DNA from: a virus
DNA: 40,074 bases
IMG/VR virus record: IMGVR_UViG_3300029743_000013
Span: 1-40,074 of that record
Reading direction: 5' to 3' (one strand)
Positions 5,642-12,101 of the stretch are shown one piece after another; within the stretch, counting starts at the first letter, position 1, and each line of letters opens with the position of its first letter. The translations under genes were made by a program, and so were the position numbers. The notes under the pieces were generated by a model that searched no databases, was not told the DNA's origin, and saw only the letters and a list, made by a program, of their open reading frames with translations.

Positions 5642-5680
5642 GCATATTTTACCTTGGCGGACACAAAGGGTAAGTATACC
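5641..5680. other. candidate attP core (imperfect inverted arms)
   Basis: ggcatattttacctt / ggcggacaca / aagggtaagtatacc. The arms match 11 of 15 in inverted orientation. It lies immediately 3' of int. Confidence 0.25.
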
Positions 5681-5681
5681 T

Positions 5682-5717
5682 AAAAAATCCCCCGCCGTAA
5701 ATGACGGGGGATTTTTT
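5682..5717. terminator. bidirectional rho-independent terminator between convergent int and late/accessory genes
   Basis: atcccccg (5687-5694) pairs with cgggggat (5705-5712), with an A-run before and a T-run after. Confidence 0.85.
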
Positions 5718-6030
5718 ACCTATCGAGTTTACGCATGACGCTGTTGTAGACACGCTCGTTAACAACTTTCAAACTGTCCATCAGTTCGTCCATAACCGCC
5801 CATGCCACACTTGGCTCAACAGCTGATACGGCCCGCAGAAAGTCGCTGTCGCCGAAAACTTCAACCGGTGCAGGAGCGGCGGAATACAGCATTGGCGACA
5901 TTTTGTCGTTAACGTCGTTTTGCTGGTTAATCACCGTATACAGCACGGCAAGGCGTTCATAGTTTGTCCAGCTGGACTCTTCGGTTTCTAACCGCGCTAT
6001 CCACCTTTTGATCTCGGTCTCATCAATCAT
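5716..6030 (-). CDS. hypothetical protein (last gene of accessory cluster)
   Basis: ATG 6030 after AAGGGGG gives MIDETEIKRWIARLETEESSWTNYERLAVLY... The longer track ORF to 6099 overlaps the upstream gene and lacks an RBS. Confidence 0.65.
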   Translation of the reverse strand: MIDETEIKRWIARLETEESSWTNYERLAVLYTVINQQNDVNDKMSPMLYSAAPAPVEVFGDSDFLRAVSAVEPSVAWAVMDELMDSLKVVNERVYNSVMRKLDR

Positions 6031-6037
6031 GGGGCGT

Positions 6038-6427
6038 TTACCCCCTTTCGTCCTCCAGCACGTCCATGCAGCGCTGAATGGCGCTTCGGATGGTGTCATC
6101 GTCTGCGCTATCCAGCATATCTTGCAACTGCCGTCTCATTCCGTCGCGTGCGCTGTCGCGGCTGTAATGACCCCGGACATAATGCTTTCGGCTTCTTGCG
6201 TAGGAGCTACCACCTCCGTACTCATCGTGCGGATACCGACGCGGCTGATACCCAGCTCTGGAATAGCCGCCATCTTCCATTGCCTCAATTTTATCCAGAT
6301 TTTTGATGGTGCTTGCCAGTTTGTGCGCGATATCCAGATCACCTGCTCCAAGCTCACCCTTTCTGGCAATTTCATCCAGCTCATCGCAAAGCATATCGCG
6401 CAGCTCATACATAGATTTCATGCTCAT
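6038..6427 (-). CDS. hypothetical protein with Gly/Tyr/Arg/Ser-rich centre
   Basis: AAAGGAGG precedes ATG 6427. MSMKSMYELRDMLCDELDEI...GGYSRAGYQPRRYPHDEYGGGSSYARSRKHYVRGHYSRDSARDG... Confidence 0.7.
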   Translation of the reverse strand: MSMKSMYELRDMLCDELDEIARKGELGAGDLDIAHKLASTIKNLDKIEAMEDGGYSRAGYQPRRYPHDEYGGGSSYARSRKHYVRGHYSRDSARDGMRRQLQDMLDSADDDTIRSAIQRCMDVLEDERG

Positions 6428-6440
6428 GCTTTACCTCCTT

Positions 6441-6863
6441 TCAGCAGACGCGCTCCACGATCATGTTGCTATTGGCAAAGCTGGTCGCCTGAGCGCTGGT
6501 GTTCTCCATCGCTACCGTTACGCAGCAGCCCTTCGGCACGTCCACGTTGGCAGCGACAAAGATGTTAAAATAGTTCTCCACGGCGGCGGGCGTTACTGTC
6601 GCCACGGCGCTGGTCAGCGGCTCTCCGTTGATAGCCAGCGCGGCGGAGATTGCACCCACCGTGCCGCCTGTGGGGATGGCAATGTTTCCGCCGAAGGACA
6701 CGCGGAACCGTGCCTTACACTGGTTTGTCAGGCCGCGCAGGAACACCTGCCCGCTGCCCTCGCGGTGTACGATACAGGATTTGCCCGCAACGGCAGTTTC
6801 CGTCAGCGGTACATTCTGTCCGGCAGGAACAGAAACGATGTTGGTATTTACGTATTCAGCCAA
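6441..6863 (-). CDS. hypothetical protein, possible TNF/C1q-like jelly-roll (BclA-C-terminal/exosporium-like)
   Basis: AAGGAG sits 8 nt before TTG 6863 (track start TTG 6881). The beta-rich sequence ...VFLRGL..ARFRVSFGGNIAIPTGGTVGAISAALAINGEPL... fits the call, but the fold assignment is from memory only. Confidence 0.6.
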   Translation of the reverse strand: MAEYVNTNIVSVPAGQNVPLTETAVAGKSCIVHREGSGQVFLRGLTNQCKARFRVSFGGNIAIPTGGTVGAISAALAINGEPLTSAVATVTPAAVENYFNIFVAANVDVPKGCCVTVAMENTSAQATSFANSNMIVERVC

Positions 6864-6879
6864 AATACTCACTCCTTTC

Positions 6880-6913
6880 AAAATGCAGACGGCGGAGCTA
6901 TTGCCCCGCCGCC
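6880..6913 (-). terminator. terminator-like hairpin
   Basis: On the minus strand, ggcggcgg...ccgccgtc is followed by tgcatttt. It lies between 6974..7678 and 6441..6863. Confidence 0.35.
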
Positions 6914-6973
6914 TTTCAATATCAGCCCGGAGCTGAACAATTTCCGTTTTGGAAATAGATTCCTATGCAGTTG

Positions 6974-7678
6974 TCAGCAGCCGGAGCAGCCGGAGCAGCC
7001 GGTGTAGCTGCCAGCCCACGGGTTGCAGGATGCATATGCCGGGATGGGCGTCGGCCGCAGCTGGGAGATCAGGTAGTTGTTCTGCGCAGCCTGAGACGCG
7101 GCCAGACGCAGCTCCTGATTTGCGCTCTCCAGATCGCGCATCTTGGAGTTGGTCAGGAAGTCCAGGATGGCGCGGCTATTGGCGTTCTGGTTCTCCACGA
7201 TGTCGCGGGCGGCGTTCTGCACGGTGTTCCGCGTGTCACACGCCTGCGTCGCCATGTCATAGCGCACCTGCGCAACGGCGGCTCTGTTCTCGCAGCAGCA
7301 GTTTGCCGCCTGCATCTGCATAGCGCTGAGCTGCTGCATCAGTGCGGCCTGCTGGTTGGCGCGGGACAGCTCGGCATTGCCGAATCCAGTCAACAGCGTG
7401 TTGTTCACGGCATAGAAGCCGTCGCACAACCCGTTATTGATGATATCCATCTTGCGCTCGATGTTGGAGAAGTCGGAGGCCAGCACATAGCCGTCCACCA
7501 CGCCGCCGGAATTGCCAGCGTTGTTGCCCCAGCCGTTGCCGCCCCAGCCGCAGAACGCGAACAGGAACAGGATGATGAGGAACCACGCGCCGTCACCGCC
7601 AAAGCCAAAGCCGTTACCGCTGCCATTGGCAGGGGCCACAGGCATGGTCATGGTGGGCATACCCTCGGAAAGAGACAT
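6974..7678 (-). CDS. Gly-rich membrane protein with Gln/Asn-rich helical region and Cys-rich tail
   Basis: AAGGAG sits 7 nt before ATG 7678. NGSGNGFGFGGDGAWFLIILFLFAFCGWGGNGWGNNAGNSGG, then ..AANCCCENR.., ending GCSGCSGC (9-nt repeat at 6975-7001). Confidence 0.75.
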   Translation of the reverse strand: MSLSEGMPTMTMPVAPANGSGNGFGFGGDGAWFLIILFLFAFCGWGGNGWGNNAGNSGGVVDGYVLASDFSNIERKMDIINNGLCDGFYAVNNTLLTGFGNAELSRANQQAALMQQLSAMQMQAANCCCENRAAVAQVRYDMATQACDTRNTVQNAARDIVENQNANSRAILDFLTNSKMRDLESANQELRLAASQAAQNNYLISQLRPTPIPAYASCNPWAGSYTGCSGCSGC

Positions 7679-7773
7679 AGTATCACTCCTTTTTATTGAT
7701 GTAATTTATCTGAATCGCGGCCACGATCAAGAAACAAGTTATGTTTCGTCTTGTGTTTTTGCTTAGACTTTGC

Positions 7774-7974
7774 TTATTCCATCAGACTTTGAAATTGCTT
7801 CGCCATCTGCTGGAGCTGGTTCAACTGCTGCTGCGTGAGCTTGCCGCTTTGCAGCAGTTTCTCCACCTCTGCCTTGGGGTCGCCCTGGAAATTCGCTTTG
7901 AACTGTTTGAACTGCTGCACCATCTGCATAAAGCCGTTGCCGCCGCCCATTGCCCCGAAAAACGGATTATTCAT
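7774..7974 (-). CDS. 66-aa Gln/Lys-rich protein
   Basis: MNNPFFGAMGGGNGFMQMVQQFKQFKANFQGDPKAEVEKLLQSGKLTQQQLNQLQQMAKQFQSLME. The ATG overlaps the end of the upstream gene. Confidence 0.7.
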   Translation of the reverse strand: MNNPFFGAMGGGNGFMQMVQQFKQFKANFQGDPKAEVEKLLQSGKLTQQQLNQLQQMAKQFQSLME

Positions 7975-8377
7975 CGCTCTTTTCCTCCTTGCGCTTCTTG
8001 CCCTTCATTTCGCTCACAAGCGCCGCCAGCGCGTCGAACTCCTTACGGGTCACATATTCCGCAGCGGGCGCTTTCTGCGTATCAGGAGCGCTTGCAAGCC
8101 GTTCCACAAGGTCATACACCTTGAGCGTCGGCTTGCCGCTTGCATCGGCTTGTTTCAGATACACCGTTGGCGCCGTCGAATCCCACAGCGCCACCGCCGC
8201 ATTGGGCGCGACCATCCAGCTTCTTGCCTCCTGTTCGCCGGATACCCACTGCACGCCGCTCTGCGGCAGAGGATTTTGCGGCATCGGCGGAATGGTTTGC
8301 ATCTGCTGCTGCCTCAGCTGGGCGAGGTTGTCCTGCATCGGCGGCATATAGGGGTTTCCATAGTAGGGGTAGTTCAT
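7967..8377 (-). CDS. Pro/Gln/Tyr-rich N-terminus protein with Lys-rich tail
   Basis: MNYPYYGNPYMPPMQDNLAQLRQQQMQ... ...MKGKKRKEEKSDE. ATGA overlap with the upstream gene. Confidence 0.75.
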   Translation of the reverse strand: MNYPYYGNPYMPPMQDNLAQLRQQQMQTIPPMPQNPLPQSGVQWVSGEQEARSWMVAPNAAVALWDSTAPTVYLKQADASGKPTLKVYDLVERLASAPDTQKAPAAEYVTRKEFDALAALVSEMKGKKRKEEKSDE

Positions 8378-8757
8378 GCTTCATCCGTCCTTTCCCAATA
8401 ATACAAAACTGTTTCGTTGCTGCTGTCCCAGCTGTCATATAAAACACCATCTTGTACACACACGACATGACCGGAGAGCGCGAGAATATACGTCCCAAAT
8501 GGGTGCTCATCGGCAAAACGGCCAACTGTGTAACAATCAGGACAGGTATCCGGCACGATGTACCGTCGGAAACCTACCGACCGAAGATAAGCGCCCCAGC
8601 AGGAGTTAGCCGACGGCATATCCCCGTCAAGATATCCCTGTACGCAAAGCCGGAGGTACGTCTCACCCCAGTCCTTGCCAGTTGCTTTTGATATGGCTCT
8701 GACGGTACAGTCGCCTACGTTTTTACCTCGTGGGTTTTCATTGTAGTAGCTATACAT
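8374..8757 (-). CDS. putative papain/transglutaminase-like Cys-His-Asp protein
   Basis: ATG 8757 gives MYSYYNENPRGKNVGDCTVRAISKATGKDWGETY...ALSGHVVCVQDGVLYDSWD. The Cys/His/Asp spacing suggests a thiol-enzyme fold (inference). Confidence 0.7.
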   Translation of the reverse strand: MYSYYNENPRGKNVGDCTVRAISKATGKDWGETYLRLCVQGYLDGDMPSANSCWGAYLRSVGFRRYIVPDTCPDCYTVGRFADEHPFGTYILALSGHVVCVQDGVLYDSWDSSNETVLYYWERTDEA

Positions 8758-8899
8758 ATTCGCGCCTATCGTCGTGGAAAAGCTCCACGATGCGCACAAG
8801 GAAAAGCAATCCAGCAAAGTCCGCTCCGTATTGGTCGCATATATCCCGCGCCATATCCGCCGTATACCCGCACGTCAGCAGCCGATCCATTACACTCAT
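8750..8899 (-). CDS. 49-aa hypothetical protein, first gene of accessory cluster
   Basis: ACAGGGGGTG precedes ATG 8899. MSVMDRLLTCGYTADMARDICDQYGADFAGLL... Confidence 0.55.
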   Translation of the reverse strand: MSVMDRLLTCGYTADMARDICDQYGADFAGLLFLVRIVELFHDDRREYV

Positions 8900-8932
8900 T
8901 TCGACACCCCCTGTATATCTCACAACATACAA

Positions 8933-8975
8933 TAAAAAAGGCCCAACAAAGAGCCTGAAAAAGGTCTTTGTTGGG
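8933..8975 (-). terminator. rho-independent terminator after the late operon
   Basis: cccaacaaaga (8942-8952) pairs with tctttgttggg (8965-8975). On the minus strand it is followed by CCTTTTTTATT. Confidence 0.8.
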
Positions 8976-8983
8976 TCTTCTAT

Positions 8984-9280
8984 TTATGGGTTTTTGATAT
9001 GGTCGGCAATCTTTTGGTAACCGTTGCGGCGGCACTTCTTGACATACTCGACCGACGAAAACAGCCTGTTTGCCACCTGCTGGCGGGATTGTTGCTTAAC
9101 GTCGCACGCGATGATGCAAAACGCCTCGTCTCCCGGAAGCTCAAGCGCGGCAACGTAATCAATGGCGCGTTGCGGGGACATACTGCGCAGTCTTGCGCGG
9201 ATGTCTCGGTAAGTTGTATTCATGGCGATCATATTCGCCGTGGACTTGCGGAGCTTTGGTGGAAGCAGGGGTCGGCGCAT
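8984..9280 (-). CDS. sigma-70 region-4-like HTH regulator
   Basis: LELPGDEAFCIIACDVKQQSRQQVANRLFSSVEYVKKCRRNGYQKIA resembles a region 4.2 HTH. ATG 9232 is an alternative start. Confidence 0.65.
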   Translation of the reverse strand: MRRPLLPPKLRKSTANMIAMNTTYRDIRARLRSMSPQRAIDYVAALELPGDEAFCIIACDVKQQSRQQVANRLFSSVEYVKKCRRNGYQKIADHIKNP

Positions 9281-9353
9281 CGTTATCCCTGTTTCGTCCA
9301 GAGTTTTGGATCCGTAAATGTGTCGCTCTCTTCACATAGAAAAAACGATTTTC

Positions 9354-10046
9354 TTACACCCCCAGCAGCTTGCCCCACGTCCCCTTCCCGGCGATGCCGT
9401 CAGCGCCGAGATTATATGCGGTCTGGAACTTCTTCAAGGCGGACTCCGTGCCTGCACCAAAATCGCCGTCAGCACCGGCCGCGCCGCAGGAGAACCCGTA
9501 GGCGATCAGCGCCGCTTGCAGGGTCTTCACGTCCGCGCCATCCATACCGCGCTTGAGCATCCGCACCTTCATGTACAGTTTCGTGGTCTGCACATCGGGC
9601 GCAGGGGCTGCCGTGCCGTAGGCGATGACGTCAAAGGGGAAATACGTACCAGGGCACCCCGTGGCGTTGACATCGCTGTGCTTCTGCACTTTTCTGATGC
9701 CGTACTTCTGCTTGAGATACGCCACCAGCTCCGCGCCTGCCTGCCGCTGGACCGCCGGCATCTGCTCCGACATGAAATTGCCCTCGAAGCACACACCGAT
9801 GCTGTCGTAGTTGTTACTGCCCGCATGGGCACCCAGCACGTCCTCCGGCCTGCCGCGGTAGATGGAGCCGTCCTTTCGGACAAAAAAGTGGTAGCCGATG
9901 CCCGCCCAGCCATTGGCCAGGTGCCAGCTGTGGATCTGCTGGGCTGTGCAGGTCTTGGCGGCGGCGTGGTGCAGGATGATCCTGGTCGTGGACTGGCGCT
10001 TGACCAGCGTACCGCCCCAACGGTAAGTAGTCTCAATGATTCTCAT
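9354..10046 (-). CDS. endolysin: N-acetylmuramoyl-L-alanine amidase (Amidase_2/PGRP) plus PG_binding_1 domain
   Basis: IILHHAA..IHSWH..GWAGIGYHFFV..CFEGNF..H..CPG is the amidase part. The C-terminal GADVKTLQAALIAYGF..DGDFGAGTESALKKFQ is the PG-binding domain. ATG 10046 has GGTGG 6 nt upstream. Confidence 0.92.
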   Translation of the reverse strand: MRIIETTYRWGGTLVKRQSTTRIILHHAAAKTCTAQQIHSWHLANGWAGIGYHFFVRKDGSIYRGRPEDVLGAHAGSNNYDSIGVCFEGNFMSEQMPAVQRQAGAELVAYLKQKYGIRKVQKHSDVNATGCPGTYFPFDVIAYGTAAPAPDVQTTKLYMKVRMLKRGMDGADVKTLQAALIAYGFSCGAAGADGDFGAGTESALKKFQTAYNLGADGIAGKGTWGKLLGV

Positions 10047-10278
10047 TATCATCCACCATGCCTTCCGTCTCGACCGGCACGCCCTTGTTGTACTGGGCCG
10101 TGCTGATGCCCAGCAGGGCGCCCAGCAGCGCCGTCACGGCGGAGATGGTCATCGCCACCTGCTCGGCATAGGGCCATCCCCAGACAGGTGCCAGCGCCAC
10201 GTAACACGCGCTCAGCGCTGGCAGTGCAATCATGACGATCCATTTCAGGATGTCGTATACCTTGTTGTTCAGTTTCAT
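10033..10278 (-). CDS. holin (Dp-1/LC3-like)
   Basis: ATG 10278 after GGAAAGGA. MKLNNKVYDILKWIVMIALPALSACYVALAPVWGWPYAEQVAMTISAVTALLGALLGIS has two TM segments. It overlaps the lysin start. Confidence 0.85.
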   Translation of the reverse strand: MKLNNKVYDILKWIVMIALPALSACYVALAPVWGWPYAEQVAMTISAVTALLGALLGISTAQYNKGVPVETEGMVDDNENH

Positions 10279-10297
10279 AACAAATTCCTTTCCGGCC

Positions 10298-10531
10298 TTA
10301 CTTGGCCTGTCCGTGATTTTCGTTTTCGAGGTCTGCGATGCGGTGGTTGATGACCTTGATCTGCTCCTCCACCACCGGCATCCGCCGCGCAAAGTTGTTG
10401 TGCTCCCGCACCTCGCGGGTCAGTTCTTCGATCTTAGTCTCCGTCACGGCCTGCGTCTTGCGGTTGCTGGCCAGTACGCCGCACAGGCTCAGCGTCCCCG
10501 TGATGACCGCCACGACAATCGCCTCTGTCAC
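10298..10531 (-). CDS. small TM plus coiled-coil lysis-associated protein (XhlA-like?)
   Basis: GTG start after AAGGGGGTG. N-terminal TM AIVVAVITGTLSLCGVLA, then a coiled coil. Confidence 0.65.
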   Translation of the reverse strand: MTEAIVVAVITGTLSLCGVLASNRKTQAVTETKIEELTREVREHNNFARRMPVVEEQIKVINHRIADLENENHGQAK

Positions 10532-10543
10532 CCTATCACCCCC

Positions 10544-12088
10544 TTACAGCTCGGCGCTGAACACGATCTGCGCCCCGTTTTTCAGGAACAGGGCGTAGGT
10601 GTCTCCCGCCGTCAGTCCGGAGGCCGTAAAGATCAGGCTCCTCGCGCTGCAGGCCCCGCCGGTCTGCATCGCCCAGCCGCCTGTGACCTTGGTGACATCC
10701 TTCAGTGCGTTGGAGGTCTTGCCCACCTTGAACAGCGATACGCCGCCGGTGGGGATGGTGGGCGTAGGCGATTTGCGCATGGGCACAGCCAGAGGGATGG
10801 GTACCCACAGGTCGACGGTGTTGTTGGCGTAGCCGATGGCCACGCCGTTGCCGGAGGTGTCGTAGGGCGTGGAGATGATCTGGAGATAGCGCATGCACTT
10901 GGTCAACTCCTCGCCGTAGTCCGGCAACTCGTTCAGCTCCCACGCGCCGCTGACCTGATGTGCCAGCGTCTGCTGGGGGCCAAGCTCCAGCTTGACGGCA
11001 ATAACGCCCACGGTATACCCCGAATACGCTCTGAGCATCACTTTGGTCGTGTGCTCCTTGCTGTGCTGAAGGCATACATAGCCGGTGCTATTCCCGTTAA
11101 CCGCGAAATAGCTGACCCCGATAGTCTCGTCGGTCGTAATGGCCGACAGTTCTTCTTTACTGGGGACATTCGCGGTGGCGGAGTATAGCCCCGTTGTCGT
11201 CAGTGCAGATACCGTGACCTGCTTTCCACACAGGCTGTACGGCTCCTCCAAAAGTTGAGAAATCAGCGCGTTCTGCGACAGTTCAATATAACCGTCCTTA
11301 ATGGTGGTGACATTGGGAGTTACAGCTTCGGCTTTCCACCGGTCAATACCGTATCCCGCGCCGCTGTACACCGTCTTGCCCCGCTGATTCACCGGCGCAC
11401 CGAAGTACCAGTTGTCCAGCAGGTCCCGGTTGCAGGGCTGCACTTTGGTTGCGATGACGCTGCCGCTGATGGCGATACCATCCCCCGCCGTATACGGCGC
11501 GGGCGCGTTGATGTTCGCCCGCGCCTGCGCCTTCTGCGCGTCAGACAGTGCTTGCGATGCATTGTACTTGACGGCACCGTCAACCGATGTCGCGGCTTCC
11601 TCTGCGCTCTGCGCCGCAGCCGTTGCGCTCGCCGCTGCGTTCTGCGCCGCAGTCACGGCATTTGCAATAGTGGCTGTCAAAACATTGTAGTAATCGCTCG
11701 AAATGATTTGCGCATCAGGATATACAGATGCGGCAACATCAATTTTGAATGCGAAAGAAGCAAGTTTGCTGTTGCTCGATCCGTAAATATCGACCTGTGC
11801 AAACACATCACCTGCAACGGTAAGGACTTGCGCGGCAACGGGTATTGTGACAACATTTCCGTCAACGTCAACGACATTTCCCACTTCATCTGCGTCATAC
11901 ATTCCACCTGTACCATCAGGCTTCGCGAAACGCAGCATAACACTTGCAGAACCAACATCGTATGCGCTTGCGCCGTCCCACAAGGAAGCTACAATGTAAC
12001 GGCTGTTGCTGTCATTCTGCACCATCTTCAGGACGGGCGGCACAATGTCGGTGGAAAGATTAAGGTTTACCGCTTGATTGACGCTCAT
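10544..12088 (-). CDS. tail fibre / baseplate upper protein (BppU-N-like) receptor-binding protein
   Basis: The N-terminus VPPVLKMVQNDSNSRYIVASLWDGASAYDV..MLRFAKPDGTGG is BppU_N-like from memory. It is followed by an Ala/Gln coiled coil and a C-terminal beta domain. Confidence 0.8.
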   Translation of the reverse strand: MSVNQAVNLNLSTDIVPPVLKMVQNDSNSRYIVASLWDGASAYDVGSASVMLRFAKPDGTGGMYDADEVGNVVDVDGNVVTIPVAAQVLTVAGDVFAQVDIYGSSNSKLASFAFKIDVAASVYPDAQIISSDYYNVLTATIANAVTAAQNAAASATAAAQSAEEAATSVDGAVKYNASQALSDAQKAQARANINAPAPYTAGDGIAISGSVIATKVQPCNRDLLDNWYFGAPVNQRGKTVYSGAGYGIDRWKAEAVTPNVTTIKDGYIELSQNALISQLLEEPYSLCGKQVTVSALTTTGLYSATANVPSKEELSAITTDETIGVSYFAVNGNSTGYVCLQHSKEHTTKVMLRAYSGYTVGVIAVKLELGPQQTLAHQVSGAWELNELPDYGEELTKCMRYLQIISTPYDTSGNGVAIGYANNTVDLWVPIPLAVPMRKSPTPTIPTGGVSLFKVGKTSNALKDVTKVTGGWAMQTGGACSARSLIFTASGLTAGDTYALFLKNGAQIVFSAEL

Positions 12089-12101
12089 TCAATATCACCT
12101 C

